Origin: Candidatus Wolfebacteria bacterium GW2011_GWB1_47_1
Lineage (GTDB): Bacteria; Patescibacteriota; Minisyncoccia; UBA6257; UBA9933
DNA: 64,000 nt
NCBI GenBank assembly: GCA_001029635.1
Contig: CP011209.1
Coordinates: forward strand, 484,970-548,969
Direction: 5' to 3'
Under the pieces are notes generated by a model, which saw only the letters and a list, made by a program, of their open reading frames with translations, had not been told where the DNA came from and searched no databases. Positions 53,959 through 63,628 of this stretch are shown here, in pieces; position 1 is the stretch's first letter, and every line of letters starts with the position of its first letter. The position numbers and the translations under genes are program-made.

Positions 53959-54620
53959 TCCTCATGCAACATATGCAGCAGCACATCAACCAGTTAAAGA
54001 GTGATATCCGGCAGCTAAAGAAGCAGTTGTCGATTGTTGAGGCAGAGCGTACTAAATTTCAACGGATTGCCGAGCGGGATTTTTTGACCGATCTATACAA
54101 CCGGCATGGATTCATTCGTGAGGCGGATCGGTTTCTCTCTCAAATGAAATCAGATCGTAAGGCGGGACAGCGTCGCAAAGATGCTGTTGTGCGCAATATG
54201 GCAATCGTGTTTATTGACGTTGATGATTTAAAGGTGGTTAATGATGGATTGGGACATAAGAAAGGGGATAAATATCTGCAATTGGTCGGGCGTGCACTTT
54301 CTGCTACTGTTCGTACAATCGATATTGTCGGGCGATGGGGAGGGGATGAGTTCGTCGTCGCGCTAATCAATGTCACTAATGATGAAGCGCTTGCGATCGC
54401 GCGGAAGCTGCATCTAAAGATCGCTCGCATATCGCTTGGTAAAGGCGCTTCTGATTTTGTTGCCAGTGCCAGCTTCGGATTGATTTCCACTGATGGTTCG
54501 CGTCAGCATCCAAACTATGGACTACATGACCTGATTGAAAAAGCGGACAAGGCTATGTATGAAGCAAAAACGAAGAAAGGAAAAGGTGTTATCGTTTCCT
54601 TTTCTGAAATAACCGAGTAA
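53955..54620 (+). CDS. GGDEF-domain diguanylate cyclase with an N-terminal coiled coil
   Basis: DLYNRHGF, FIDVDDLKVVND, RWGGDEFVVAL (GGDEF) motifs. Confidence 0.8.
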   Translation: MILMQHMQQHINQLKSDIRQLKKQLSIVEAERTKFQRIAERDFLTDLYNRHGFIREADRFLSQMKSDRKAGQRRKDAVVRNMAIVFIDVDDLKVVNDGLGHKKGDKYLQLVGRALSATVRTIDIVGRWGGDEFVVALINVTNDEALAIARKLHLKIARISLGKGASDFVASASFGLISTDGSRQHPNYGLHDLIEKADKAMYEAKTKKGKGVIVSFSEITE

Positions 54621-54632
54621 ACTATATAGGAT

Positions 54633-54899
54633 ATGGCATTTTCATTATTCCGCGTGAAATACGTCCCCATCTATACGGTTTCCAATGCCAATCTCGCATG
54701 GATCATGCAGGATTATTTGTTGGGTAATGGCATTAGCGCAAATATCGAGGTTGAGCCGTGCGAATCCGGCAAGCGGATTTGCAATGCACTTCCCGCATAC
54801 AGTGTATGCGTACCGGGGAGCAGGGCAGATGAGGCGAAGCGACTTGCCGATGCATGCGAGGCGGTCAAGATCTCGGGATTTCTTTCTGCACAATTGTAA
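54633..54899 (+). CDS. Hypothetical small protein
   Basis: 88-aa ORF, co-directional, with a terminator-like region after it. No motif. Confidence 0.35.
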   Translation: MAFSLFRVKYVPIYTVSNANLAWIMQDYLLGNGISANIEVEPCESGKRICNALPAYSVCVPGSRADEAKRLADACEAVKISGFLSAQL

Positions 54900-54988
54900 C
54901 ACAAAGAACGACCTCTCGGGGGTCATTTTTTGTTGACAATATAAAATACTTGCTATATACTTGATTAGTCAAGTAAATAAACTTCACT

Positions 54989-55420
54989 ATGAAAACCCCT
55001 ATCAGTTCGTCATTACAATTTTTTTTAGATCTCGCCAAGTTACAGGCTATTATGAGTCGGCGTTTCGATCGAGGGCTTGGCGGTTTAGGTCTGAATGAAT
55101 TCATAATTCTTTTGCATCTTAGTCAGGCTCCCGAGACTAAAATGAGGCGCATTGATCTTGCCGAGAGGGTTGGTCTCACTGCATCGGGAGTTACGCGTAT
55201 TTTGCTCCCGATGGAAAAGATTGGTTTGATTTCCAAGGAGGTTAACGAATATGATGCGCGCGTCAGTTTGGTTATGCTTGCCCCAGGTGGTGCGCGTAAA
55301 CTTGAGGAGGGTCTGGAACGCGCCGAGTTGTTGTGCTCCGAACTTGCTTTCGGAGATCGCAGTAGAGAAATTGCCATGTTGGCTGAGATACTCGGCATCG
55401 CGGGAAGATCTGTTTTGTAA
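54989..55420 (+). CDS. MarR-family transcriptional regulator
   Basis: Winged HTH LNEFIILLHLSQAPETKMRRIDLAERVGLTASGVTRILLPMEKIGLISKE. Confidence 0.7.
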   Translation: MKTPISSSLQFFLDLAKLQAIMSRRFDRGLGGLGLNEFIILLHLSQAPETKMRRIDLAERVGLTASGVTRILLPMEKIGLISKEVNEYDARVSLVMLAPGGARKLEEGLERAELLCSELAFGDRSREIAMLAEILGIAGRSVL

Positions 55421-55526
55421 ATAAAAAATCGGTTTGAAAGTTGCCAAAACCCTACATTTCCCTTACAATACGGGAGTATTTTGAACCTACATTGTTGGTT
55501 ATTGTTCGTGGGTTGCTGGTTAATTT

Positions 55527-55611
55527 GGAGGGTTCGCATAGTGGCCGATTGCGCTCGCTTGGAAAGCGGGTATACCGCAAGGTATCAAGAGTTCGAATCT
55601 CTTACCCTCCG
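55527..55611 (+). tRNA. tRNA-Ser (anticodon GGA), long variable arm
   Basis: Acceptor GGAGGGU/ACCCUCC, anticodon stem CUCGC/GCGGG, loop UUGGAAA, variable stem-loop AUACC-GCAA-GGUAU, T-arm AAGAG-UUCGAAU-CUCUU. Confidence 0.8.
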
Positions 55612-55664
55612 CTCGTTGGGAAATAAAGCCGTCGAGTTCCATAAAAATCGATACTATTTATCAT

Positions 55665-55916
55665 ATGGTCGAAAAAGGACTTGCTACCGGAACGGTACAT
55701 ACATTGCCGGATGATTTTCGGAAAGCGCTTATTGCAAATCCTGCGGCGCGCGCACTATGGGGAAATATTACACCGCTTGCTCGCAATGAGTGGATCTGTT
55801 GGGTTACGTCCGGTAAGAAGGCGGAGACAAGAAGTATTCGTATCAATAAGGCACTTTCAAAGCTGAAAGGTGGTATACGTAGGCCTTGTTGCTGGGCTGG
55901 CTGTATTCATCGGTAA
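55665..55916 (+). CDS. YdeI/OmpD-associated (YdhG-like) family protein
   Basis: ALWGNITPLARNEWICWVTSGKKAETRSIRINKALSKLKGG matches the conserved core of this family. Confidence 0.5.
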   Translation: MVEKGLATGTVHTLPDDFRKALIANPAARALWGNITPLARNEWICWVTSGKKAETRSIRINKALSKLKGGIRRPCCWAGCIHR

Positions 55917-55968
55917 CATAAACATATACTAAATCCGCTCTTTACGGAGCGGTTTTAGTAGTGATACG

Positions 55969-56685
55969 ATGCATTATATGAAAGTGCCGGGAAGTACATT
56001 TGATAAACAGGAGCAGCGACTACTGACGTTGTGGGCTGCTGATTGTGCCGATCGTGTTTTGAAGCGTTTTGAAATGGAATGCCCGGGCGACGGGCGGCCC
56101 CGCTGGGCGCTCGTCGTTGCGCGTGCGTGGGCGAAGAGCGATCTACCGATGCAGATGGCCGAGATTCGTTGCGCCGCACTTGCGGCTCATGCAGCGGCAC
56201 GGAGTGTCGAAAACGTTGTCGCACGGGCGGCTGCCCGCGCGGCAGGGCATGCGGTTGCGACGGTCCATGTCTCCGAACATGCGCGCGGTGCCGCCGATTA
56301 TGCGGTCAAGGCGATAGAGGCAAAGAATGTTCTCAAGGAGCGCGCATGGCAATATAGCCATCTCCCGATCAGTATTCGCGAGAAGATGTTTTATCATCTG
56401 GTCTATGCCACTGTGGCACATATTCCCAAAGGAAGAGTTGCTACGTATGGGCAGTTAGCAAAGCTGGCTGGGAATCCGCGTGGTGCGCGTGCCGTGGGGA
56501 TGGCGATGAAGCGCAACCCTAATATTAAAGGTGTGCCGTGTTATCGCGTGGTTACATCGGATGGTGCGTTGACCGGCTATGCGTTCGGTCGGGGGACTAC
56601 GACTAAAAAGAAATTACTGATGGGTGAGGGTGTGCAGTTCATCGGCGATCGAGTTGATCTACGGGTCTCAGGATGGAAAAAATAA
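55969..56685 (+). CDS. Methylated-DNA-protein-cysteine methyltransferase (MGMT/Ogt-like) DNA-binding domain fused to an N-terminal Ala-rich helical domain of unknown function. GC-rich.
   Basis: C-terminal VATYGQLAKLAGNPRGARAVGMAMKRNPNIKGVPCYRVV (PCxR active-site-like). The N-terminal about 130 aa are an unrecognised helical domain. Confidence 0.6.
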   Translation: MHYMKVPGSTFDKQEQRLLTLWAADCADRVLKRFEMECPGDGRPRWALVVARAWAKSDLPMQMAEIRCAALAAHAAARSVENVVARAAARAAGHAVATVHVSEHARGAADYAVKAIEAKNVLKERAWQYSHLPISIREKMFYHLVYATVAHIPKGRVATYGQLAKLAGNPRGARAVGMAMKRNPNIKGVPCYRVVTSDGALTGYAFGRGTTTKKKLLMGEGVQFIGDRVDLRVSGWKK

Positions 56686-56701
56686 GAATATAATAAATTA
56701 T

Positions 56702-57073
56702 ATGGAACACATGTCAGAACAAAAAAAGACGCTTGAGATAGCGAAGGAATTTCTTGGAAAGAACGTCCATGTCGTGTTCGATCGGCCGCTTGGATCCAAG
56801 CATCCGAAACATGGTTTTATATACGAGGTTAATTATGGATATATTCCCGGTATCATGGCCGCAGATGGAGAAGAGCTTGACGTCTATTTCTTGGGAATTG
56901 AAGATGCACTTGAACAGACTGATGGTACAGTGATCGCTATCATTCACCGCGAGGATGACGACGATGACAAACTAGTTGTCGTACCTCACGGAATCGAGAT
57001 CGATGACGAGGCGATTATGCAAGCAGTGGCATTTCAGGAGCAATATTTTAAGTCGAGTGTCATACGGAAATAA
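56702..57073 (+). CDS. Inorganic pyrophosphatase-family protein (short)
   Basis: FDRPLGSKHPKHGFIYEVNYGYIPGIMAADGEELDVYFLG...DDDDDKLVVVP follows the PPase pattern (NYGFIP..DGDPLDVLVL...DDKIIAV). Confidence 0.55.
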   Translation: MEHMSEQKKTLEIAKEFLGKNVHVVFDRPLGSKHPKHGFIYEVNYGYIPGIMAADGEELDVYFLGIEDALEQTDGTVIAIIHREDDDDDKLVVVPHGIEIDDEAIMQAVAFQEQYFKSSVIRK

Positions 57074-57079
57074 AAAAGG

Positions 57080-57112
57080 CCCTGCATCAGTGGGGCCTTG
57101 TCATTTATCTGT
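57080..57112. terminator. Bidirectional terminator (aaaaaaggccctgcatcagtggggccttgtcattt)
   Basis: Hairpin aggcccc/ggggcct flanked by A- and T-runs between convergent genes. Confidence 0.65.
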
Positions 57113-57606
57113 CAGTAGAGGGCGATTGTATCCCCGAGTTTGCGCGTATTGGGTTCGGTGCCACCATGGACACCGTTTAACTTTAGCAGGATGAGCCGCT
57201 CTGCAACTACGAAGAGTTGTTGTGGTTCGTCAATGAGTCTGCGCGCGAAAGGCCCATCACTCATGCGTCTTAGTTTGCTGTACAGCTGAAGCTCTTTTTT
57301 CTGGGGCAGGTATATGAATACTGCCATTTGGGACGTTCCGGCTTCTGATGTGTAAAAAACCATCGCCTTAACCCATTCCATCCATTCGAAGTGCCATTCC
57401 TGCGAGTATGTGCGTGGTTTTCCGTTCATTCTCTGGGTTGCTCTGGCATCTATTGGTATCTCGCATCTGTTCGATTTGTGCAATAACCTGTCTTGCACGG
57501 TGGTAGCAAAGATTCTCGGGCAGATCGCCCAGATTTTTTTTGCGTTTGCGATCTGACTCGGTTCGCAGTGGGCGATGGTGTGCCACATACCCGTCTGAAT
57601 TTCCAT
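57112..57606 (-). CDS. Hypothetical protein
   Basis: 164-aa minus-strand ORF between convergent and divergent neighbours. No motif recognised. Confidence 0.4.
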   Translation of the reverse strand: MEIQTGMWHTIAHCEPSQIANAKKIWAICPRIFATTVQDRLLHKSNRCEIPIDARATQRMNGKPRTYSQEWHFEWMEWVKAMVFYTSEAGTSQMAVFIYLPQKKELQLYSKLRRMSDGPFARRLIDEPQQLFVVAERLILLKLNGVHGGTEPNTRKLGDTIALY

Positions 57607-57776
57607 GAGCGAGCCTCCTTATCGTGTAAACATATTGTATGATTGGATCTGTATATAGGTTGCATCTTTCATTGTGTATTGTCAAATAGTATATAGGCTG
57701 GTAATTGACTCCTGCTTCCGTTTCTGGTATTTCTTGAATAGAATCTTACCGAAAGCAAACAAAAAAGGGGGTGTCT

Positions 57777-58223
57777 ATGTTACATCCGATCTGGAGGGAA
57801 ATAAACCCACAGGACAAAAAGCTGTATGGAGAGACTCGCGCTTTGGTGGAACTTATCCCGGATGACATTGGTCTTGGCTCAGACTACAACGGCAAACGCG
57901 TCGAGCTTTCATGTCATATCGTCGCGCGGGCATTCGCCAACGTTTTTTCGGATCATGTCCGGTGCGTCGACGGGTATTTTTCTGCAGGGTTCCCGCATTC
58001 GTGGCTGGAGACGGAAGACTTCGCGCTCATCGACACCTTCCCGGTGCAGATGATTGGGGGCCCGTTGTTGTTTTGGAAGCACCCGCTCTTTCACATGAAG
58101 GTTACTTACGCTCTTTATCAGGAGGAGCCTAGCGTTATGCACGGCGTGTACAAAAACGTTGGTAAGTGGCAGTTCGATCGAGCTGTCGGTATTCTTACGG
58201 ATCTTCTCATCGCACTCCATTAG
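57777..58223 (+). CDS. Hypothetical protein
   Basis: RBS-like aaaagggggtg upstream. No motif recognised. Confidence 0.4.
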   Translation: MLHPIWREINPQDKKLYGETRALVELIPDDIGLGSDYNGKRVELSCHIVARAFANVFSDHVRCVDGYFSAGFPHSWLETEDFALIDTFPVQMIGGPLLFWKHPLFHMKVTYALYQEEPSVMHGVYKNVGKWQFDRAVGILTDLLIALH

Positions 58224-58327
58224 TTTGCGAGCCCCGGAACCCCGGGGTTTTTTACTACCGTATTAGAAAACCCCGCACGATCCATTCGTCGTGGTAAGAG
58301 TAGATGATGGGAGTGTAAGGAGGACTC

Positions 58328-60069
58328 CGTTGTGCTATCATGGGTACACATTTATGACCCAAGATGAGGCATTTGCAATCTTAAAGACCGGGACGAACGT
58401 ATTTTTGACGGGAGAGCCGGGGAGCGGTAAGTCGCATATGGTTAATCGCTATGTGGAGTATTTGCGATCTTGCGGGGTCGAGCCGTCGATCACGGCATCC
58501 ACGGGTATCGCCGCGACCCACATCGGCGGCATGACGCTGCATGCCTGGTGCGGCATCGGCGTGCGCACCCACCTTACCGATCACGACCTGGAATTGATGC
58601 TCGACAAGGATCGACTAGTCAAGCGACTTCGGGTCGCGCGCGTATTGATTATCGACGAAGTCTCGATGCTTTCGGGAGACACGCTCGCGCTCGTCGAGCA
58701 GGTTTGCCGGGTCCTGCGCGACTCGGCAGAGCCCTTTGGCGGCCTCCAGGTGGTCCTGGTTGGGGACTTTTTCCAGCTGCCACCCATTATGCCAAAAGCC
58801 GATTCGGAGCGCGTAAAAACAATTTCTCTCGACGGGGAAGACCAGTGGTCACCCTTCGCATTCATCGGTTCGGCATGGGCCAAGGCCGACCCGACCATCT
58901 GTTATCTGACGGAGCAACACCGCCAAGAAGATCCTGCTTTTTTGCAGGCGCTTTCGGCCATCCGCCGGGGCGAAGTGACCGACGCAGTGCGCGATTGCCT
59001 TAACGGGCGCTGTACTACGCCACCGTCCGAGGACGAATATACCAAGCTCTATGCGCATAATTTTGCGGTCGATCGGATCAACGATGCTTATCTGCGCAAG
59101 TTGCCTGGCGAGCAGCGTAATTTTGCCATGACGAGCTCGGGCATTACCGCGATCGTCGATGGTTTGAAGCGCGGATGTCTTTCGCCCGAAACGCTTTCGC
59201 TCAAGGTTGGAGCGAAGGTCATGTTCACGCGCAACAGTACCGAGGGCAAGTTCGTCAACGGGACCACGGGAGTGGTCTCCGGGTTTTCGCTTGTTACGGG
59301 CAATCCGCAGGTGACGTTGCATAATGGCAAGACGATCGAGGCAGAGCAGGGCGAATGGAGCATCTTCGACGGCATGAAGTGTTTGGGCATGATCAAGCAG
59401 ATCCCGTTGCGGCTTGCATGGGCGATCACGATTCATAAGAGTCAGGGGATGTCGCTCGATGCCGCGATCATCGACCTTTCGCAAGCGTTCGAATTCGGGC
59501 AGGGGTATGTTGCGTTGTCGCGTGTGCGCACGCTCGCTGGATTGTATCTGTTGGGGTATAACGAACGCGCACTCGAAGTGCATCCCGATGTGTTCGCGCA
59601 AGATATTCAGTTCCGTGCGGCATCCGAGCAGGCTCGTTACAACTTCGCCGCACTAGGTGAGGAGCAGATCGCGAATCTGCAATCCCAGTTCATCGATTCG
59701 ATCGGTGGTGCCGTAGGCATGGGCATGCAGGCGCCTGCGTCCAAAGTTTCGACCTACGATGCAACGGCCGAACTGGTGGCGCAACAGATGTCGATTGCTG
59801 AAATGGCAGAGCATCGCGGGGTGTCCGAGGGTACGCTCATTACGCATCTAGAAAAGCTTGTCGCCAGCGGTACGCTTAACCCCGAGCATGATCTGGAATA
59901 TCTTAAGCCCGAGCGCCGACGATTTGTGACCATGCAGGCCGCATTGGAGCAGACGTATAAAAAGAAGGGGAGTATGTTGCTATCTCCCGCCCAGGCAATG
60001 TTGGGGTCAGACTTTACCTTTGAGGAGCTGCGGGTTGTACGGTTGTTTTTGGGGAAATCCGAGGGATGA
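58328..60069 (+). CDS. PIF1/RecD-like ATP-dependent DNA helicase (AAA_30 / Pif1 family) with a C-terminal helical HTH-like extension
   Basis: Walker A TGEPGSGKSH, IIDEVSM, GDFFQLPPI, ITIHKSQG, YVALSRVR motifs. Start set at TTG 58328, 6 nt after RBS aggagg. GTG 58291 or ATG 58354 are alternatives. Confidence 0.75.
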
Positions 60070-60157
60070 AAAATGGTGACTGACTCCATTAATACTCTAT
60101 AATGATATTGAAGCTAGAATAATCGTTTTGGTTACTATTTTTTGATATAATTTATCT

Positions 60158-61045
60158 ATGGAAATACCAACCGCTCGAAGAGGTGAATATCTTCAAACTG
60201 TATTTAGAATTATTGAAAAAAATGGTGGCAGTTTGCCATTGCGTGAAATTCTAGTCGAGATGCCAAAGTCACTTATATTTAATGAGTATGAGGCTGGGCA
60301 TTATGAAAAGACGGGGTATGTGAGGTGGAGATCGATGATGTACTTGTATTCCATCGACTGTGTAAAAGCGGGCTGGTTGGTTAAAAATAAAGGCACCTGG
60401 TCTATTACTGAAGAGGGTAGAAAAACCCTACAATTTTCTCCGGAAGAATTTATTAGGATAGCTACTCAGAAATATAGGGAATGGAAACGGCAGAAGGATT
60501 TCGTTGAGTTGGTTGCGGAAGATGAGAGAGGAGCGGATATTGCCGAGCGCGAGGCGACTATTGGCTATGAGCAGGCTGCAGAGATTGCGCGGAATGAAAT
60601 AGTTGAGCATATTCGAGCTTTAAATCCATATGAGTTTCAGGATCTTGCTGCGGCACTATTACGCGGTATGGGATATTATGTTTCTGAGGTTGCGGCACCC
60701 GGTCCTGATGGGGGTGTTGATATTCGAGCCTATAAAGACCCTCTTGGAGTCGAAGGTGCTCGTATTAAGGTTCAAGTAAAGCATAGGAAGGATACTAAAG
60801 TTACGAATAGTGAAGTTTCTGCGCTGAATGGATTATTGAGAAATGGGGATGTTGGCTTAATTGTTTCTAGCGGGGGATTTACCCGAGAAGCAGTTAAGGA
60901 GATGAGGAATTCCAATAACCATATCGAAAAAATTGACCTTGATGATTTGATTGATTTTTGGGAAGAATATTATGATAAATTACGCGAAGAAGATAAGTTA
61001 CTATTACCCTTGCGTCGAATTGCTTTTCTTGCTCCCAATAAATAA
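60158..61045 (+). CDS. mrr: Mrr-family restriction endonuclease (N-terminal winged helix plus Mrr catalytic domain). AT-rich.
   Basis: Catalytic-domain motifs GPDGGVDIRAY and KVQVKHRK (PD-(D/E)xK type), N-terminal Mrr_N-like domain. Confidence 0.75.
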   Translation: MEIPTARRGEYLQTVFRIIEKNGGSLPLREILVEMPKSLIFNEYEAGHYEKTGYVRWRSMMYLYSIDCVKAGWLVKNKGTWSITEEGRKTLQFSPEEFIRIATQKYREWKRQKDFVELVAEDERGADIAEREATIGYEQAAEIARNEIVEHIRALNPYEFQDLAAALLRGMGYYVSEVAAPGPDGGVDIRAYKDPLGVEGARIKVQVKHRKDTKVTNSEVSALNGLLRNGDVGLIVSSGGFTREAVKEMRNSNNHIEKIDLDDLIDFWEEYYDKLREEDKLLLPLRRIAFLAPNK

Positions 61046-61137
61046 TAACTAATTTATTTTTCCGTAACGCTTAAATATCTGAACCTGGACGCGCTGAAGT
61101 CATCCTGTGACGTGGCGTGTGATGTAATTAATGCACT

Positions 61138-61551
61138 ATGGTTTTGTCGAAAGAGGAATCGGTCAATATCCCATTAGTTGGAGCTGCGCCGTGCGGTACG
61201 CCGCTTTTCGCCGAAGAAAATATCGAGCAACTAATCCCGGTGCCAAAGGAGAAGTTACAAAGCGGGCTGCGATATTTTATTTTGCGAGCGACCGGTGATT
61301 CGATGAATAAGGCCGGGATTAACGACGGAGATCTAATTTTATGCAAGCAAAAACTTACTGCGAGGGAGAATGATTTGGTTGTTGCGTTGATTGATGACGA
61401 GGCGACAGTTAAAGAATTTCATCTTGAGGGCGATACTATTGTGCTTAAACCGCGCTCGACGAATCCGGAACACCAGCCACGTTATTTTACAAAAGGTGAG
61501 AATTTGAAGATCCAAGGGATTGTTCAGGAGGTCGTGCGGCTTTTTGCATAA
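61138..61551 (+). CDS. S24 (LexA/UmuD-like) peptidase lacking an N-terminal DNA-binding domain
   Basis: Cleavage-site region IPLVGAAPCG, catalytic ATGDSM (Ser) and downstream Lys (LKPRSTN). Upstream in-frame TAA at 61129 rules out a longer N-terminus. Confidence 0.7.
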   Translation: MVLSKEESVNIPLVGAAPCGTPLFAEENIEQLIPVPKEKLQSGLRYFILRATGDSMNKAGINDGDLILCKQKLTARENDLVVALIDDEATVKEFHLEGDTIVLKPRSTNPEHQPRYFTKGENLKIQGIVQEVVRLFA

Positions 61552-61688
61552 TATAATCTATTACGTTTATTTACGTTTATATTGAGTTTAGAACATCTAT
61601 ATAAAGGTGTTTGATATAATACCATACGCATTTGGATTAATGGGGTTAGATGCCATTAATTTGGCGCGATTCATGATATAATTAACCC

Positions 61689-62750
61689 ATGAAGTTCAAC
61701 ACTGCACTCAAAGTGTTTGTCGCAATTATAATCGCCGAACTTGCGGGGGTTATTGGTTTGTTCTTCGCCGCAAACTCGGTATCGACCTGGTATGCAACTC
61801 AACTTGTGAGGCCGTCTTGGAATCCGTCTTCGTGGGTGTTTGGTCCTGTGTGGATCACGTTGTATGCGATGATGGGTATCACATCGTATTTGGTTTGGTC
61901 TGCTGCTACCAAGCGAACCATGGAAGGGGGTGTACAGAAGGCAAGCCTTCGCAAGCGGGTGCGCGGCGCGTTGACCATCTATGGCATGCAACTTGCTTTA
62001 AATGCCGCTTGGTCCATTATCTTCTTCGGTCTACGGAGCCCGGGATGGGCGTTTGTCGAGATCGTCTTTTTGTGGATCGCTATCGTTGCCACGATCGGCG
62101 TGTTTTGGCGCATTTCGAAGCCTGCCGCATGGCTGTTGGTCCCGTACATTCTTTGGGTCAGCTTCGCGGGGTATTTGAATTATACAATCTGGTCCTTGAA
62201 TCAGGGTGGATCTACGGTGCAGCCGTATTGCACCATGGAAGCGAAAGTGTGCCCTGATGGATCGTCTGTTGGGCGCAGTGGGCCGAAGTGTGAATTTGCT
62301 GCATGTCCTGAATCGCGATACGATACAACTTGGAAGACGGCAACTGACGAAGAAAAGGGAATCACATTCCGCTACCCAGAAGATCTTGGAACCACCTACA
62401 TGCGTGCGTATGATTGGCCTCCGCAGGTTGCCATCACCAACGGACCGTTTGAATGTACCGATGCTGGCTCTGAGATCGAGCGCGCCGGAAGGACGCATCC
62501 ATGGAAGATCGATGACCGAACGTACTGTGTGACCGAAGTTGTGCAGGGCGCTGCGGGGAGTATGTATACGCAATATGCGTATGCGGTAGAGCGCGGCCCA
62601 CAGGTTTGGATCTTCACTGCGACGGTGCGTGCCACGCAGTGTGGCAACTACGATGAGCCGCATATGACAGAATGTCAGGCAGAGCGCGATACCTTTGACT
62701 TTGATACCGTTATGGATCGCATTATTCGAACCGCAACGACGATACGTTGA
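61689..62750 (+). CDS. TspO/MBR (tryptophan-rich sensory protein) N-terminal 5-TM domain fused to a Cys-rich C-terminal domain
   Basis: Trp-rich TM core (WYATQLVRPSWNPSSWVFGPVWITLY...NAAWSIIFFG...LLVPYILWVSFAGYLN). The C-terminal about 190 aa have 8 Cys. Confidence 0.6.
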   Translation: MKFNTALKVFVAIIIAELAGVIGLFFAANSVSTWYATQLVRPSWNPSSWVFGPVWITLYAMMGITSYLVWSAATKRTMEGGVQKASLRKRVRGALTIYGMQLALNAAWSIIFFGLRSPGWAFVEIVFLWIAIVATIGVFWRISKPAAWLLVPYILWVSFAGYLNYTIWSLNQGGSTVQPYCTMEAKVCPDGSSVGRSGPKCEFAACPESRYDTTWKTATDEEKGITFRYPEDLGTTYMRAYDWPPQVAITNGPFECTDAGSEIERAGRTHPWKIDDRTYCVTEVVQGAAGSMYTQYAYAVERGPQVWIFTATVRATQCGNYDEPHMTECQAERDTFDFDTVMDRIIRTATTIR

Positions 62751-63265
62751 TCGATATGCAGCATACGATTGTTGAAGTGAGCGATATCATGCAAAGCGGA
62801 TATCGCTATACGTTGGTGGAACCGATGGGGAAGAATTTTGACCCAGCCTTTGCGCCCGAATTAACACCCAAAGAAATGCTTCGTTTGGGTGTTTTTGGTG
62901 GGAAGTATATGACCGATTGTGCATATGAATTTCCGGCTGATTGGTATGCCAAGGCGAAGTTGTGTCCCGAGCGACACGACCCGAAGCTGAACTATTTTGG
63001 GGTGAACGCATCGCAACCGCTTTCGGTTTGGCGGGCGAAGGGATGGATCCACCTCGACGATCCGCGCGGATGGTTCCAATGGTATTGCCGCTATTATATG
63101 GGGCGGCGTATGCCTGATGAAGATAAGAAGCAGATTCGCCGATGGAAGGCCATCGGGCGGCATATCGCGCAGGTGCGGAAGAATTGCCCTAAGGGCGATG
63201 CAACCTGCCGACCTAGGCAACGGCAAGCTATTTTGCATTGGGCGTATGACGCTCGGGAATTATAA
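62747..63265 (+). CDS. Hypothetical protein, start overlaps the previous stop
   Basis: 172-aa ORF, Trp/Arg-rich (GWFQWYCRYYMGRRMPDEDKKQIRRWKAIGRH). No family recognised. Confidence 0.4.
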   Translation: MIDMQHTIVEVSDIMQSGYRYTLVEPMGKNFDPAFAPELTPKEMLRLGVFGGKYMTDCAYEFPADWYAKAKLCPERHDPKLNYFGVNASQPLSVWRAKGWIHLDDPRGWFQWYCRYYMGRRMPDEDKKQIRRWKAIGRHIAQVRKNCPKGDATCRPRQRQAILHWAYDAREL

Positions 63266-63349
63266 CAAAACACCCTGCTGCCGCAGGAGTGTTTTTTAAC
63301 GATGTTTTGTTTGATCCGATAGTATTCTTGACCCTTCTCGAATCGCGTC

Positions 63350-63525
63350 TCGATGCTATGTTTATTTGCGTGCATGTATGCATATATACCTGCGCGTTTG
63401 TATATGCGCATACTTGTACGGATGTAGATACATGTTTGTGCGTATGGTATGTATGTGTATATACGTACGCATGTATGTGTATGTATGTGTATATACGTAC
63501 GCATGTATGTGTATGTATGTATCCG
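63350..63525. repeat. Low-complexity GT/AT-rich tandem repeat (about 32-bp unit tacgtacgcatgtatgtgtatgtatgtgtata, 2 full copies plus degenerate copies)
   Basis: Direct inspection: gtatatacgtacgcatgtatgtgtatgtatgtgtatatacgtacgcatgtatgtgtatgtatgtatcc. The ORFs called across it on both strands are artefacts. Confidence 0.8.
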
Positions 63526-63546
63526 GATAGTTGCAAGGTATCAATT

Positions 63547-63582
63547 TACTTTTATCTGACGACCGTCAGATAAAAGTAAAAT
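63547..63582. promoter_or_regulatory. Perfect 16-bp inverted repeat ttacttttatctgacg-ac-cgtcagataaaagtaa (terminator or operator) upstream of the last gene
   Basis: Perfect palindrome with a 2-nt loop, AT-rich. Confidence 0.6.
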
Positions 63583-63628
63583 GCTATTGGTTGTGCTACA
63601 CTAGTGCTATATGGCAAAAGGAGACCTT

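Noticed and set aside
61131-61299. Alternative-frame ORF upstream of the S24 peptidase that might supply a missing HTH
   Set aside because: Translates to an Arg-rich nonsense peptide without HTH features. The in-frame TAA at 61129 blocks N-terminal extension of the S24 gene.
63350-63525. CRISPR array
   Set aside because: The repeat is a degenerate low-complexity tandem without unique spacers. No cas genes anywhere in the window.
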